A DNA stretch of 64,000 bases from Escherichia coli (GTDB taxonomy: Bacteria; Pseudomonadota; Gammaproteobacteria; Enterobacterales; Enterobacteriaceae), in assembly GCF_044324785.1 (NCBI RefSeq), contig NZ_CP172127.1, one strand, 5' to 3'. The notes beneath the pieces were generated by a model. The model was not told the origin of the DNA. It did not search any database and worked only from the letters and a program-made list of their open reading frames with translations. The position numbers and the translations under genes are program-made. Below, one piece after another: positions 22,875-38,214 of the stretch (position 1 is the stretch's first letter; the number at the start of each line of letters is the position of its first letter).

Positions 22875-22935
22875 CCCCCATAACCACATAATCGCGTTAC
22901 ACTATTTTAATAATTAAGACAGGGAGAAATAAAAA

Positions 22936-23607
22936 ATGCGCGTACTGGTTGTTGAAGACAATGCGTTGTTACGTCACCATCTTAAAGTTCAGATTCAGGA
23001 TGCTGGTCATCAGGTCGATGACGCAGAAGATGCCAAAGAAGCCGATTATTATCTCAATGAACATTTACCGGATATTGCGATTGTCGATCTCGGATTGCCT
23101 GACGAGGACGGTCTGTCACTGATTCGCCGCTGGCGTAGCAATGATGTTTCACTGCCGATTCTGGTATTAACCGCCCGTGAAAGCTGGCAGGACAAAGTCG
23201 AAGTATTAAGTGCCGGTGCTGATGATTACGTGACTAAACCGTTTCATATTGAAGAGGTGATGGCGCGAATGCAGGCATTAATGCGGCGTAATAGCGGTCT
23301 GGCTTCACAGGTCATTTCGCTACCCCCGTTTCAGGTTGATCTCTCTCGCCGTGAATTATCTATTAATGACGAAGTGATCAAACTGACCGCGTTCGAATAC
23401 ACCATTATAGAAACGTTGATACGCAATAATGGCAAAGTGGTCAGCAAAGATTCGTTAATGCTACAACTCTATCCGGATGCGGAGCTGCGGGAAAGCCATA
23501 CCATTGATGTACTGATGGGACGTCTGCGCAAAAAAATTCAGGCACAATATCCGCAAGAAGTGATTACCACCGTTCGCGGCCAGGGCTATCTGTTCGAATT
23601 GCGCTGA
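22936..23607 (+). CDS. phoP: Response regulator PhoP
   Basis: 223 aa, [19 protein letters not shown]... Confidence 0.98.
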   Translation: MRVLVVEDNALLRHHLKVQIQDAGHQVDDAEDAKEADYYLNEHLPDIAIVDLGLPDEDGLSLIRRWRSNDVSLPILVLTARESWQDKVEVLSAGADDYVTKPFHIEEVMARMQALMRRNSGLASQVISLPPFQVDLSRRELSINDEVIKLTAFEYTIIETLIRNNGKVVSKDSLMLQLYPDAELRESHTIDVLMGRLRKKIQAQYPQEVITTVRGQGYLFELR

Positions 23608-25067
23608 TGAAAAAATTACTGCGTCTTTTTTTCCCGCTCTCGCTGCGGGTACGTTTTCTGTTGGCAACGGCAGCGGTAGTACTGGTGCTTTCGCTTGCCT
23701 ACGGAATGGTCGCGCTGATCGGTTATAGCGTCAGTTTCGATAAAACTACGTTTCGGCTGTTACGTGGCGAGAGCAATCTGTTCTATACCCTTGCGAAGTG
23801 GGAAAACAATAAGTTGCATGTCGAGTTACCCGAAAATATCGACAAGCAAAGCCCCACCATGACGCTAATTTATGATGAGAACGGGCAGCTATTATGGGCG
23901 CAACGTGACGTGCCCTGGCTGATGAAGATGATCCAGCCTGACTGGCTGAAATCGAATGGTTTTCATGAAATTGAAGCGGATGTTAACGATACCAGCCTCT
24001 TGCTGAGTGGAGATCATTCGATACAGCAACAGTTGCAGGAAGTGCGGGAAGATGATGACGACGCGGAGATGACCCACTCGGTGGCGGTAAATGTCTACCC
24101 GGCAACATCGCGGATGCCAAAGTTAACCATTGTGGTGGTGGATACCATTCCGGTGGAGCTAAAAAGTTCCTATATGGTCTGGAGCTGGTTTATCTATGTG
24201 CTCTCAGCCAATCTGCTGTTAGTGATCCCGCTGCTGTGGGTCGCCGCCTGGTGGAGTTTACGCCCCATCGAAGCCCTGGCAAAAGAAGTCCGCGAACTGG
24301 AAGAACATAACCGCGAATTGCTCAATCCAGCCACAACGCGAGAACTGACCAGTCTGGTACGAAACCTGAACCGATTGTTAAAAAGTGAACGCGAACGTTA
24401 CGACAAATATCGTACAACGCTCACCGACCTGACCCATAGTCTGAAAACGCCACTGGCGGTGCTGCAAAGTACGCTGCGTTCTCTGCGTAGTGAGAAGATG
24501 AGCGTCAGTGATGCTGAGCCGGTAATGCTGGAGCAAATCAGTCGCATTTCACAGCAAATTGGCTACTACCTGCATCGTGCCAGTATGCGCGGCGGGACAT
24601 TGCTTAGCCGCGAGCTGCATCCGGTCGCCCCACTGCTGGACAATCTCACCTCGGCGCTGAACAAAGTGTATCAACGCAAAGGGGTCAATATCTCTCTCGA
24701 TATTTCGCCAGAGATCAGCTTTGTCGGTGAGCAGAACGATTTTGTCGAGGTGATGGGCAACGTGCTGGATAATGCCTGTAAATATTGCCTCGAGTTTGTC
24801 GAAATATCTGCAAGGCAAACAGACGAGCATCTCTATATTGTGGTCGAGGATGATGGCCCCGGTATTCCATTAAGCAAGCGAGAGGTCATTTTCGACCGTG
24901 GTCAACGGGTTGATACTTTACGCCCTGGGCAAGGTGTAGGGCTGGCGGTAGCCCGCGAAATCACCGAGCAATATGAGGGTAAAATCGTCGCCGGAGAGAG
25001 CATGCTGGGCGGTGCGCGGATGGAGGTGATTTTTGGTCGCCAGCATTCTGCGCCGAAAGATGAATAA
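23607..25067 (+). CDS. phoQ: Sensor histidine kinase PhoQ
   Basis: 486 aa; start overlaps phoP stop (TGATG). Confidence 0.98.
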   Translation: MKKLLRLFFPLSLRVRFLLATAAVVLVLSLAYGMVALIGYSVSFDKTTFRLLRGESNLFYTLAKWENNKLHVELPENIDKQSPTMTLIYDENGQLLWAQRDVPWLMKMIQPDWLKSNGFHEIEADVNDTSLLLSGDHSIQQQLQEVREDDDDAEMTHSVAVNVYPATSRMPKLTIVVVDTIPVELKSSYMVWSWFIYVLSANLLLVIPLLWVAAWWSLRPIEALAKEVRELEEHNRELLNPATTRELTSLVRNLNRLLKSERERYDKYRTTLTDLTHSLKTPLAVLQSTLRSLRSEKMSVSDAEPVMLEQISRISQQIGYYLHRASMRGGTLLSRELHPVAPLLDNLTSALNKVYQRKGVNISLDISPEISFVGEQNDFVEVMGNVLDNACKYCLEFVEISARQTDEHLYIVVEDDGPGIPLSKREVIFDRGQRVDTLRPGQGVGLAVAREITEQYEGKIVAGESMLGGARMEVIFGRQHSAPKDE

Positions 25068-25142
25068 ATATGTCCATACTTCACGCATTACGTTAAGCAT
25101 CCGTTATAATCGGTTGCAGATACCAGCCTGTGGATGCTTAAC

Positions 25143-26264
25143 ATGGAATACCAACTCACTCTTAACTGGCCCGATTTTCTTGAACGTCACTGGCAGAAAC
25201 GTCCGGTGGTGTTAAAACGCGGCTTTAATAATTTTATTGACCCGATCTCTCCAGACGAGTTGGCGGGTTTGGCGATGGAAAGCGAAGTCGACAGTCGACT
25301 AGTCAGTCACCAGGATGGCAAATGGCAGGTCAGCCACGGCCCGTTCGAAAGCTACGATCATCTCGGTGAAACTAACTGGTCATTGTTAGTGCAGGCAGTG
25401 AACCACTGGCATGAGCCGACCGCCGCGCTGATGCGACCGTTCCGTGAACTACCGGACTGGCGTATTGATGATCTGATGATCTCTTTTTCTGTACCTGGCG
25501 GCGGCGTCGGCCCGCATCTCGATCAGTACGACGTGTTTATCATTCAGGGTACCGGACGTCGTCGCTGGCGAGTGGGCGAAAAGCTGCAAATGAAACAGCA
25601 CTGCCCACATCCGGATCTGTTACAGGTCGATCCGTTCGAAGCCATCATCGATGAAGAGCTGGAGCCTGGCGATATCCTTTATATTCCGCCAGGATTCCCG
25701 CATGAAGGCTACGCGCTGGAAAATGCGATGAACTATTCCGTGGGTTTTCGCGCGCCAAATACGCGGGAACTGATTAGCGGATTTGCCGATTATGTGCTGC
25801 AACGTGAACTGGGCGGCAACTACTACAGCGATCCGGATGTTCCACCTCGCGCTCATCCTGCGGACGTTCTGCCGCAAGAGATGGATAAACTGCGTGAGAT
25901 GATGCTCGAATTGATCAACCAGCCGGAACACTTTAAGCAATGGTTTGGCGAGTTTATATCCCAGTCACGTCATGAACTGGATATCGCGCCGCCAGAGCCG
26001 CCTTATCAGCCGGATGAAATCTACGATGCGCTGAAACAAGGTGATGTGCTGGTGCGCCTGGGGGGGCTGCGCGTATTGCGCATTGGCGACGACGTGTATG
26101 CCAATGGTGAGAAGATCGATTCCCCGCACCGTCCGGCACTGGATGCGCTCGCCAGCAACATTGCGCTGACCGCGGAGAATTTTGGTGATGCACTGGAAGA
26201 TCCGTCATTCCTCGCGATGCTCGCAGCGCTGGTCAATAGCGGGTATTGGTTCTTCGAAGGGTAA
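25143..26264 (+). CDS. roxA: Ribosomal protein arginine hydroxylase RoxA (YcfD), JmjC/cupin family
   Basis: ATG at 25143 gives MEYQLTLNWPDFLERHWQKRPVVLKRG... (373 aa). Confidence 0.9.
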   Translation: MEYQLTLNWPDFLERHWQKRPVVLKRGFNNFIDPISPDELAGLAMESEVDSRLVSHQDGKWQVSHGPFESYDHLGETNWSLLVQAVNHWHEPTAALMRPFRELPDWRIDDLMISFSVPGGGVGPHLDQYDVFIIQGTGRRRWRVGEKLQMKQHCPHPDLLQVDPFEAIIDEELEPGDILYIPPGFPHEGYALENAMNYSVGFRAPNTRELISGFADYVLQRELGGNYYSDPDVPPRAHPADVLPQEMDKLREMMLELINQPEHFKQWFGEFISQSRHELDIAPPEPPYQPDEIYDALKQGDVLVRLGGLRVLRIGDDVYANGEKIDSPHRPALDALASNIALTAENFGDALEDPSFLAMLAALVNSGYWFFEG

Positions 26265-26280
26265 GTTTGAAGTTAAGCTG

Positions 26281-26309
26281 GATGCGGCATCACATGCCGC
26301 ATCTCTTTT
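26281..26309 (+). terminator. Hairpin between convergent roxA and pepT
   Basis: gatgcggcat-cac-atgccgcatc followed by tcttttc. Confidence 0.6.
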
Positions 26310-26312
26310 CGC

Positions 26313-27539
26313 TTACTTCCGTTGCGCCGTCAACTCGGCAATACGGACGATCACCTGCACCGCTTTTTCCATACCTTCCAGAGTCACAAACTCATGCTTA
26401 CCATGATAGTTGTAACCGCCAGTGAACAGGTTCGGGCACGGTAATCCCATAAACGACAACTGCGCGCCGTCGGTACCGCCGCGGATCGGTTTCAGTTCCG
26501 GTTCAATATCGCAGTCACGCATCGCCTGCTGGGCGATATCGAGAATATGCGGATGCTCAACCACTTTCTCGCGCATATTGTAGTAACTGTCTTCAATCAC
26601 CAATTCAATGTAGCAATCAGGATGTAACCCTTTGCCCACTTTTTTGGCGATCTCCATCATTTTACGTTTACGCGCTTCAAACTGTTTACGGTCGAAATCA
26701 CGGATGATGTAGTGCATATCGGCCCGTTCAACGGTGCCTTTCATGCTCGTCAGGTGATAGAAACCTTCATAGCCTTCTGTCATTTCCGGGCTTTCATCCG
26801 CCGGAACTTCCGCATGAATACGTGCCGCCAGCGACAGCGCATTTACCATCACTCCTTTCGCCGTGCCCGGGTGAACATTGTTACCGACAATTTTGATATT
26901 GACCGACGCGGCGTTGAAGTTTTCAAACTCCAGTTCACCTACGCCACCACCATCAACGGTGTAAGCCCAGCGGGCATCGAAGGCGTCAACATCAAAATGT
27001 TTCGCCCCTTTGCCCACTTCTTCATCCGGGGTAAAGGCGACGCGAATATCACCATGCGGAATGTTTTTTTGTTGCAATACCGCCAGCGCGGTCATGATTT
27101 CTGCAATACCTGCTTTGTCATCGGCACCTAACAAGGTTTTACCATCGGTGGTAATCAGCGTCTGACCCAGTAGCTGATGCAGCACCGGGAACATAACCGG
27201 TGATAAAACTTCATCGCCGATACCCAGCGCAATATCGCCACCGCGATAGTTTTCAACAATTTGCGGATTCACATTTTTGCCGCTGCAATCCGGTGAGGTA
27301 TCCACATGAGAAATAAAGCCAATCGCCGGGATATCGCCAGGGACGTTAGCCGGTAACGTCGCCATCAAAGTGCCCTTCTCACTTAAGGTCACATTGATAA
27401 GCCCCATCTCTTCGAGCTGCTCTTTCAGCAGATGCAATAACTTCCATTGGCCTTCCGTGCTGGGAACCTGTCTCACCCCTGCTTTTGATTGGGTATCCAG
27501 AGACACGTAGTTCAAAAATCGCTCAAGTAGTTTATCCAT
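26313..27539 (-). CDS. pepT: Peptidase T (tripeptidase)
   Basis: Internal Met [18 protein letters not shown]... gives 408 aa; M20 family. Confidence 0.95.
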   Translation of the reverse strand: MDKLLERFLNYVSLDTQSKAGVRQVPSTEGQWKLLHLLKEQLEEMGLINVTLSEKGTLMATLPANVPGDIPAIGFISHVDTSPDCSGKNVNPQIVENYRGGDIALGIGDEVLSPVMFPVLHQLLGQTLITTDGKTLLGADDKAGIAEIMTALAVLQQKNIPHGDIRVAFTPDEEVGKGAKHFDVDAFDARWAYTVDGGGVGELEFENFNAASVNIKIVGNNVHPGTAKGVMVNALSLAARIHAEVPADESPEMTEGYEGFYHLTSMKGTVERADMHYIIRDFDRKQFEARKRKMMEIAKKVGKGLHPDCYIELVIEDSYYNMREKVVEHPHILDIAQQAMRDCDIEPELKPIRGGTDGAQLSFMGLPCPNLFTGGYNYHGKHEFVTLEGMEKAVQVIVRIAELTAQRK

Positions 27540-27788
27540 GTAGTCACCCTCACTTTTTGTGACAACATTATTAAGAAGCAAGAAAAGACAAATATTGCGT
27601 CAGGTCACTTTTACCCCTGCAAGCGGGAATATTTATCAGCATTACCTTAATGAATATAAAGCTAAGCCAGTAATTCACAACAAAGATTGGCGATTCAAGC
27701 GGTTTGCCGTAGAATTACCGCCCTCATTAAGAGTCACCAAGGTGGTTAACCACAAACCCCGCATCGGTAAGCCATCCGTTGCGTTTAC

Positions 27789-28925
27789 ATGGGACAGAGT
27801 AAAAAATTGAATAAACAACCGAGTTCGCTTTCACCGCTGGTGCAATTGGCGGGAATTCGCAAATGCTTTGATGGTAAAGAGGTCATTCCCCAGCTGGATC
27901 TGACTATCAACAATGGCGAGTTCCTCACGCTGCTTGGCCCTTCTGGCTGCGGTAAAACAACCGTTCTTCGCCTGATTGCAGGTCTGGAAACTGTTGATTC
28001 CGGACGCATCATGCTGGATAACGAGGACATCACCCACGTTCCGGCGGAAAACCGCTATGTGAACACTGTTTTCCAAAGCTACGCACTTTTCCCCCACATG
28101 ACCGTGTTCGAAAATGTGGCCTTTGGGTTACGCATGCAAAAAACCCCCGCTGCTGAAATTACGCCCCGCGTGATGGAAGCCCTGCGGATGGTGCAGCTGG
28201 AAACCTTCGCTCAACGTAAACCGCATCAGCTTTCTGGTGGTCAACAGCAACGCGTCGCCATTGCTCGCGCGGTGGTTAACAAGCCTCGTCTGTTGTTGCT
28301 GGATGAGTCGCTCTCAGCGCTGGATTACAAACTGCGCAAACAGATGCAGAACGAGCTGAAAGCGCTACAGCGTAAGCTTGGCATTACATTCGTCTTCGTG
28401 ACTCACGACCAGGAAGAAGCACTCACCATGTCGGACAGGATTGTGGTGATGCGCGATGGTCGCATTGAGCAAGACGGCACGCCGCGTGAAATCTACGAAG
28501 AGCCGAAAAACCTGTTTGTTGCCGGGTTTATCGGTGAAATCAATATGTTTAATGCCACGGTCATCGAACGTCTCGACGAGCAGCGCGTACGCGCCAACGT
28601 TGAAGGCCGCGAGTGTAATATCTACGTTAACTTCGGCGTTGAACCGGGGCAAAAACTGCATGTTCTGCTGCGCCCGGAAGACTTACGTGTTGAAGAGATT
28701 AACGACGACAACCACGCTGAAGGGCTGATTGGTTACGTTCGCGAGCGTAACTACAAAGGCATGACGCTGGAGTCGGTTGTTGAACTGGAAAATGGCAAGA
28801 TGGTGATGGTCAGCGAATTCTTCAATGAAGACGACCCTGACTTTGACCACTCTCTCGACCAAAAAATGGCCATTAATTGGGTAGAAAGCTGGGAGGTCGT
28901 ACTGGCTGATGAAGAACACAAGTAA
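27789..28925 (+). CDS. potA: Spermidine/putrescine ABC transporter ATPase PotA
   Basis: 378 aa; Walker [10 protein letters not shown], signature LSGGQQQR. Confidence 0.97.
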   Translation: MGQSKKLNKQPSSLSPLVQLAGIRKCFDGKEVIPQLDLTINNGEFLTLLGPSGCGKTTVLRLIAGLETVDSGRIMLDNEDITHVPAENRYVNTVFQSYALFPHMTVFENVAFGLRMQKTPAAEITPRVMEALRMVQLETFAQRKPHQLSGGQQQRVAIARAVVNKPRLLLLDESLSALDYKLRKQMQNELKALQRKLGITFVFVTHDQEEALTMSDRIVVMRDGRIEQDGTPREIYEEPKNLFVAGFIGEINMFNATVIERLDEQRVRANVEGRECNIYVNFGVEPGQKLHVLLRPEDLRVEEINDDNHAEGLIGYVRERNYKGMTLESVVELENGKMVMVSEFFNEDDPDFDHSLDQKMAINWVESWEVVLADEEHK

Positions 28926-28938
28926 GTTCCAGAATGTA

Positions 28939-29766
28939 GTGATTGTCACTATTGTCGGTTGGCTTGTGTTGTTTGTCTTTCTGCCCAACCTGATGATCAT
29001 TGGCACCAGCTTTTTGACCCGCGACGACGCCAGTTTCGTCAAAATGGTCTTTACGCTGGATAACTACACGCGTCTGCTCGATCCGCTCTATTTTGAAGTG
29101 CTATTGCACTCGCTGAATATGGCGCTGATCGCCACCCTCGCCTGCCTGGTGCTGGGCTATCCTTTTGCCTGGTTTCTGGCGAAGCTGCCACACAAGGTGC
29201 GTCCGCTGCTGCTGTTTCTGCTGATTGTTCCGTTCTGGACCAACTCATTGATTCGTATCTACGGGCTGAAAATTTTCCTCAGCACCAAAGGCTATCTCAA
29301 CGAGTTTTTGCTCTGGCTGGGCGTTATCGATACACCAATTCGCATCATGTTCACACCCAGTGCGGTGATTATCGGTCTGGTTTACATTCTGCTGCCGTTT
29401 ATGGTGATGCCGCTGTACTCGAGTATCGAAAAACTGGATAAGCCGTTGCTGGAGGCGGCGCGCGATCTCGGTGCCAGCAAGTTGCAGACCTTTATCCGCA
29501 TCATTATCCCACTGACGATGCCGGGAATTATTGCCGGATGTCTGCTGGTGATGCTGCCAGCGATGGGCCTGTTCTATGTGTCCGACCTGATGGGCGGTGC
29601 GAAAAACCTGCTGATCGGTAACGTCATCAAAGTACAGTTCCTCAATATTCGTGACTGGCCGTTTGGTGCAGCCACCAGCATTACGCTGACTATCGTAATG
29701 GGCCTGATGTTGCTGGTTTACTGGCGCGCTTCTCGTTTGCTGAATAAGAAGGTGGAACTCGAATGA
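28939..29766 (+). CDS. potB: Spermidine/putrescine ABC transporter permease PotB
   Basis: Track ORF from 28909 overlaps the potA 3' end; GTG at 28939 gives ~275 aa; start uncertain. Confidence 0.9.
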   Translation: MIVTIVGWLVLFVFLPNLMIIGTSFLTRDDASFVKMVFTLDNYTRLLDPLYFEVLLHSLNMALIATLACLVLGYPFAWFLAKLPHKVRPLLLFLLIVPFWTNSLIRIYGLKIFLSTKGYLNEFLLWLGVIDTPIRIMFTPSAVIIGLVYILLPFMVMPLYSSIEKLDKPLLEAARDLGASKLQTFIRIIIPLTMPGIIAGCLLVMLPAMGLFYVSDLMGGAKNLLIGNVIKVQFLNIRDWPFGAATSITLTIVMGLMLLVYWRASRLLNKKVELE

Positions 29767-30557
29767 TCGGTCGACTGCTTCGCGGCGGTTTTATGACCGC
29801 TATCTACGCGTACCTGTATATCCCAATCATTATTTTGATTGTGAACTCCTTTAACAGCTCGCGCTTTGGCATCAACTGGCAGGGTTTTACCACTAAATGG
29901 TATAGCCTGCTGATGAACAACGACAGTCTGTTGCAGGCAGCTCAGCATTCATTGACGATGGCGGTGTTTTCAGCGACGTTTGCTACGCTTATCGGTTCAC
30001 TGACTGCAGTTGCGCTGTACCGTTATCGCTTTCGCGGTAAGCCGTTCGTTAGCGGAATGCTGTTTGTGGTGATGATGTCGCCAGATATTGTGATGGCGAT
30101 TTCTCTGCTGGTGCTGTTTATGCTGCTGGGTATTCAGCTTGGCTTCTGGTCGCTGCTGTTCTCGCATATCACCTTCTGCCTGCCATTTGTGGTGGTGACG
30201 GTGTACTCGCGCCTGAAAGGTTTTGACGTGCGAATGCTGGAAGCGGCGAAAGATCTCGGTGCCAGCGAATTTACCATTCTGCGAAAAATCATTCTGCCAC
30301 TGGCAATGCCAGCGGTGGCGGCGGGCTGGGTGTTAAGCTTTACCCTGTCGATGGACGATGTGGTGGTTTCTTCGTTCGTCACCGGACCAAGTTATGAAAT
30401 TCTGCCGTTAAAAATTTATTCGATGGTTAAAGTCGGCGTATCGCCGGAAGTTAACGCGCTGGCAACCATATTACTGGTGCTGTCGCTGGTGATGGTAATT
30501 GCCAGCCAGCTTATTGCTCGTGATAAAACGAAAGGTAACACAGGGGACGTTAAATGA
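29763..30557 (+). CDS. potC: Spermidine/putrescine ABC transporter permease PotC
   Basis: 264 aa; 4-nt overlap with potB. Confidence 0.96.
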   Translation: MIGRLLRGGFMTAIYAYLYIPIIILIVNSFNSSRFGINWQGFTTKWYSLLMNNDSLLQAAQHSLTMAVFSATFATLIGSLTAVALYRYRFRGKPFVSGMLFVVMMSPDIVMAISLLVLFMLLGIQLGFWSLLFSHITFCLPFVVVTVYSRLKGFDVRMLEAAKDLGASEFTILRKIILPLAMPAVAAGWVLSFTLSMDDVVVSSFVTGPSYEILPLKIYSMVKVGVSPEVNALATILLVLSLVMVIASQLIARDKTKGNTGDVK

Positions 30558-31600
30558 AAAAATGGTCACGCCACCTGCTCGCGGCGGGTGCTCTGGCACT
30601 GGGCATGAGCGCCGCTCACGCCGATGACAACAACACGCTGTATTTCTACAACTGGACCGAGTACGTGCCGCCAGGACTGCTTGAACAGTTCACCAAAGAA
30701 ACCGGTATTAAGGTTATCTATTCGACTTACGAGTCGAACGAAACCATGTACGCGAAGCTGAAAACGTACAAAGACGGTGCCTATGACCTGGTGGTTCCTT
30801 CAACCTATTACGTCGATAAAATGCGTAAAGAAGGGATGATCCAGAAGATCGACAAGTCGAAGTTAAGCAATTTCAGCAACCTCGATCCAGACATGCTCAA
30901 CAAGCCGTTTGACCCGAATAACGACTATTCCATTCCGTATATCTGGGGTGCAACGGCGATTGGCGTTAACGGTGATGCGGTGGATCCGAAATCTGTCACC
31001 AGCTGGGCCGATCTGTGGAAACCTGAGTACAAAGGCAGCCTGCTGCTGACCGACGATGCCCGTGAAGTGTTCCAGATGGCGCTGCGCAAACTGGGCTACT
31101 CCGGTAACACTACCGATCCGAAAGAGATTGAAGCTGCATATAACGAGTTGAAAAAACTGATGCCAAACGTGGCAGCGTTTAACTCCGATAACCCGGCTAA
31201 CCCGTACATGGAAGGCGAAGTTAACCTCGGCATGATCTGGAACGGTTCTGCTTTCGTTGCACGCCAGGCGGGTACGCCAATTGATGTGGTGTGGCCGAAA
31301 GAAGGCGGCATTTTCTGGATGGACAGCCTGGCGATCCCGGCAAATGCCAAAAACAAAGAGGGCGCACTGAAATTGATCAACTTCCTGCTGCGCCCGGATG
31401 TGGCAAAACAGGTTGCTGAAACTATCGGTTATCCAACGCCAAACCTTGCGGCGCGTAAGCTGTTAAGTCCGGAAGTGGCGAACGATAAAACGCTCTACCC
31501 GGATGCTGAAACCATTAAAAATGGCGAATGGCAGAATGACGTTGGCGCAGCCAGCAGCATTTATGAAGAGTATTATCAGAAGCTGAAAGCAGGACGTTAA
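30554..31600 (+). CDS. potD: Spermidine/putrescine periplasmic binding protein PotD
   Basis: 348 aa with signal peptide; 4-nt overlap with potC. Confidence 0.97.
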   Translation: MKKWSRHLLAAGALALGMSAAHADDNNTLYFYNWTEYVPPGLLEQFTKETGIKVIYSTYESNETMYAKLKTYKDGAYDLVVPSTYYVDKMRKEGMIQKIDKSKLSNFSNLDPDMLNKPFDPNNDYSIPYIWGATAIGVNGDAVDPKSVTSWADLWKPEYKGSLLLTDDAREVFQMALRKLGYSGNTTDPKEIEAAYNELKKLMPNVAAFNSDNPANPYMEGEVNLGMIWNGSAFVARQAGTPIDVVWPKEGGIFWMDSLAIPANAKNKEGALKLINFLLRPDVAKQVAETIGYPTPNLAARKLLSPEVANDKTLYPDAETIKNGEWQNDVGAASSIYEEYYQKLKAGR

Positions 31601-31609
31601 TTCAGCAAG

Positions 31610-31638
31610 CGGGCGGTGGTATTACCGCCCGTTTTTTA
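31610..31638 (+). terminator. Rho-independent terminator after potD
   Basis: cgggcggt / accgcccg stem followed by tttttta. Confidence 0.8.
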
Positions 31639-31657
31639 TTTAGCAAGGATGTGGCTA

Positions 31658-32119
31658 ATGAGTCAGGACAGTAGAGTTTTCTTTCGTATATTCCTCGGTA
31701 TCGGTCTGGTACTGATCCTCATTTCTGTTGTTGTCTTTTATAACCAGTTCACCTATAGCAAAGACGCGATTCATACTGAAGGCGTCATTGTTGATACCGT
31801 CTGGCACTCCAGTCATTCTCATCGCACGGGTAAAAATGGTTCGTGGTATCCCGTCGTTGCCTTTCGACCGACGCCTGATTACACGCTAATTTTCAATTCG
31901 AGTATCGGCAGCGATTTTTATGAAGACAGCGAAGGCGATAAAGTTAATGTTTATTATTCTCCAGGACATCCTGAAAAGGCTGAGATAAATAACCCGTGGG
32001 TTAATTTTTTTAAATGGGGGTTTATCGGCGTTATGGGCGTTATTTTTATCTCCGTCGGTTTATTAATCAGTATGCCCTCCTCTAAAAAGACACGCAGGAA
32101 ACGGAAGTCCCGCCCATGA
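31658..32119 (+). CDS. ymfA: Inner membrane protein YmfA, ~153 aa
   Basis: Internal Met [28 protein letters not shown]...; two TM segments. Confidence 0.8.
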   Translation: MSQDSRVFFRIFLGIGLVLILISVVVFYNQFTYSKDAIHTEGVIVDTVWHSSHSHRTGKNGSWYPVVAFRPTPDYTLIFNSSIGSDFYEDSEGDKVNVYYSPGHPEKAEINNPWVNFFKWGFIGVMGVIFISVGLLISMPSSKKTRRKRKSRP

Positions 32120-32901
32120 AAAAAATCATAATATTGCTCAGTTTACTGATACTCCTGCCTCTGACGGCAACCAGTAATCCATTGATTCCAATAATGAAGA
32201 CTCTTTTTACAGATGTTACAGGTACTGTACCGGATGCTGAAGAGATCGCGCATAAAGCCGAGCTTTTTCGCCAACAAACCGGGATTGCGCCGTTTATCGT
32301 GGTTGTACCTGGCGTTAATGAAGCAAACTTCAGGCAAAATGGCAAAGCGATGCTGGCGCATGCGTCATCTTCATTGAGTGATGTAAAAGGCAGCGTCCTG
32401 TTACTTTTTACCACCCGCGAGCCACGGTTAATTATGATAACCAACGGCCAGGTTGAAAGCGGTCTGGACGATAAACATCTCGGCCTTCTGGTAGAAAATC
32501 ACACTCAGGCTTATTTACATGCGGACCTCTGGTATCAGGGAATCAATAATGCATTGGCTGTTTTACAAGCACAGATATTAAAACAACCGACGCCGCCACT
32601 GACATATTATCCGCATCCCGGACAACAGCAGGAGAATGATCCTCCCGGCAGTACCACGACATTAGGTCTTTTTGCCTGGGCAGTTGCATTCATCGTCTTT
32701 ACTGCATTTTTTTACTACACGACGCGCCTTAATTATGCATTAAAGTTTGCAGTGGCGATGACTATTGCCAATATGGGTTATCAGGCTTTATGTTTGTACA
32801 TCGATAATAGCTTTGCGATTACCAGAATATCGCCGCTCTGGGCAGGGCTGATTGGTGTCTGTACGTTTATTGCCGCGTTGTTATTGACGAGTAAACGGTA
32901 A
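32116..32901 (+). CDS. ycfZ: Inner membrane protein YcfZ, 261 aa
   Basis: 261 aa; signal/TM at N-terminus, C-terminal TM helices; ATGA overlap with ymfA. Confidence 0.8.
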   Translation: MKKIIILLSLLILLPLTATSNPLIPIMKTLFTDVTGTVPDAEEIAHKAELFRQQTGIAPFIVVVPGVNEANFRQNGKAMLAHASSSLSDVKGSVLLLFTTREPRLIMITNGQVESGLDDKHLGLLVENHTQAYLHADLWYQGINNALAVLQAQILKQPTPPLTYYPHPGQQQENDPPGSTTTLGLFAWAVAFIVFTAFFYYTTRLNYALKFAVAMTIANMGYQALCLYIDNSFAITRISPLWAGLIGVCTFIAALLLTSKR

Positions 32902-32929
32902 AAGAGGAAGTAAAGTGTGCGTCTATTAT

Positions 32930-33027
32930 GCCGGATGCGGCGCGAACGCCTTATCTGGCCCACAAAACCCGCAAATTCAATTAATTGCGTCCCCTTGTAG
33001 GCCTGATAAGCGTAGCGCATCAGGCAA
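32930..33027. repeat. REP/BIME element (two inverted palindromic units)
   Basis: gccggatgcggcgcgaacgccttatctggcc ... gtaggcctgataagcgtagcgcatcaggca; classic E. coli REP motifs. Confidence 0.8.
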
Positions 33028-33038
33028 TGCTTCCTGCT

Positions 33039-33860
33039 TTATAAGCCCTTCAGCAACTTTTCAACAAACTCTGGCACCACCTGGCTTGCCGGGCCGTAAT
33101 ATTTCTCGGCAAATTCATTACCGACCTGGCTTGGTTCAAGATTCAGTTCCACGGTGTGTGCGCCATGCAGTTTCGCTTCGTGAACAAACCCAGCCGCCGG
33201 ATAAACATGCCCTGATGTACCAATGGCAATGAAAATATCGGCCATTGACAACGCCATATAAATTTCATCCATGCCGAGTGGCATTTCGCCAAACCAAACG
33301 ACGTGCGGGCGCAAGGGTGCCGGGAACTGGCAACAATGGCATTTATCTTCTGGCGTAACGTCTCCGGTCCAGTCGAGAACCTGACCACTTTGCGAACAGC
33401 GAACTTTCAGCAGTTCCCCATGCATATGAATGACATTAGTATTACCTGCGCGTTCATGCAGGTTGTCGATATTCTGCGTCACCAGCAAAAAGCGATCGCC
33501 GAGGGCGTCTTGCAGTTTAGCCAGCGCAAGATGCGCGGCGTTAGGCTGAATTTCTGGCTGCTGCAGCTGTCGGCGACGGGCGTTATAAAACGCTTGCACC
33601 AGTTCAGGATCGCGATCGAAACCTTCCGGCGTTGCCACATCTTCAACCCGATGTTCTTCCCACAGGCCATCTGCGGCGCGAAAGGTACGAATACCTGATT
33701 CCGCAGAAATACCTGCCCCTGTCAGTACGAGTACTCTTGGTTTTTCCATTGCTTCCGGCACCACTTTATCTCTGAAAAAAACACGCTGACGCAAACGCTC
33801 GCGCAGACGGCGTTTATTTTTACGAAAACGACTTAACCGATGACCCCGACGCGACAGCAT
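33039..33860 (-). CDS. cobB: NAD-dependent protein deacylase CobB (sirtuin)
   Basis: 273 aa; [10 protein letters not shown] Rossmann motif, Zn cysteines. Confidence 0.95.
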   Translation of the reverse strand: MLSRRGHRLSRFRKNKRRLRERLRQRVFFRDKVVPEAMEKPRVLVLTGAGISAESGIRTFRAADGLWEEHRVEDVATPEGFDRDPELVQAFYNARRRQLQQPEIQPNAAHLALAKLQDALGDRFLLVTQNIDNLHERAGNTNVIHMHGELLKVRCSQSGQVLDWTGDVTPEDKCHCCQFPAPLRPHVVWFGEMPLGMDEIYMALSMADIFIAIGTSGHVYPAAGFVHEAKLHGAHTVELNLEPSQVGNEFAEKYYGPASQVVPEFVEKLLKGL

Positions 33861-33875
33861 AGCAACCTCTGTTGT

Positions 33876-34787
33876 TTAATCGGTTAGATGTAGGAAGGCC
33901 GCACCACGCATTCCTCCCGCATCACCGTGGCGCGCGCGTTCAATGCGCGGAACACGAGCTACAGGTAAGAGATGACGAGGCAGCCTGTCCGCCAGTTGCG
34001 TTGTGATTGCCGGGAAATTCGATAAGCCACCACCAATGACGACCAGGTCAGGGTCAACAATGGTCAGGATATTTCCCAGACAAACCGCTAATAAATCCAG
34101 ATAACGCTCAACGTGCGCCCTTGCCTGCTCATCACCTTGATCATAAAGCGCAATAATTTCGGGAGCCTGCAACGGTTGATGATAATAGTGTTGATACAGC
34201 CACGCAAAACCGCGACCAGACAGATAATTTTCAATGCAGCCATGCTGACCACAGCCGCAGCGGCGTAACGGGAAATCCAGCCCCATCATGGTTAACGCAT
34301 CAACCGGCAGACGCATATGGCCAAACTCGCCGGTAATATAGCTTTTACCGGTAATTGGTTTACCGTTGAAAATCAGCCCGCCGCCAACGCCGGTGCCGAG
34401 AATCAACCCCATCACCAGTGGATATTGAGTAAATTCATCATCCCAGGCTTCTGAAAGGGCAAAACAGTTGGCATCGTTATCAAGGCGTACATCGCGATCA
34501 AGACGTGCGCTCAGGTCGGCACGCAGCGGTTTACCGCTGGCAGCGGGGACATTGGCGGCATACAGCGTACCATCTTCTGTTTCCGGCATTCCCGGAATAC
34601 CGATGCCGACAGAGCCTTTACAGCCAAAACGTTGGTCAGCTTCATCTACCAGCTCACACACTGCATCTAAAAATGCGTCATAGCTGTCACGCGGTGTCGG
34701 CACCCGCTTTTCCCACTGCAACTGCCGACCGCTATCAAACACGCCAAGCGCAATTTTTGTTCCACCAATATCAAACCCGTAATACAT
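33876..34787 (-). CDS. nagK: N-acetyl-D-glucosamine kinase NagK
   Basis: Internal Met [18 protein letters not shown]... gives 303 aa; ROK family. Confidence 0.93.
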   Translation of the reverse strand: MYYGFDIGGTKIALGVFDSGRQLQWEKRVPTPRDSYDAFLDAVCELVDEADQRFGCKGSVGIGIPGMPETEDGTLYAANVPAASGKPLRADLSARLDRDVRLDNDANCFALSEAWDDEFTQYPLVMGLILGTGVGGGLIFNGKPITGKSYITGEFGHMRLPVDALTMMGLDFPLRRCGCGQHGCIENYLSGRGFAWLYQHYYHQPLQAPEIIALYDQGDEQARAHVERYLDLLAVCLGNILTIVDPDLVVIGGGLSNFPAITTQLADRLPRHLLPVARVPRIERARHGDAGGMRGAAFLHLTD

Positions 34788-34815
34788 TGCCGCTCCTTGT
34801 TTTAATGTACTGCCT

Positions 34816-38073
<3,258 letters not shown>

Positions 38074-38214
38074 CTAAAGGGCCTCATTTTCTCATCGGCC
38101 TTGTGGCCTGATCTTTATCTGAAAAATAACCAAATACAGACAGATACGCATTACACCACGCAACTCGCCCCGCAGGATTAACAGCATGTTAAATAAAAAG
38201 AGAGTGTTGTCCTG

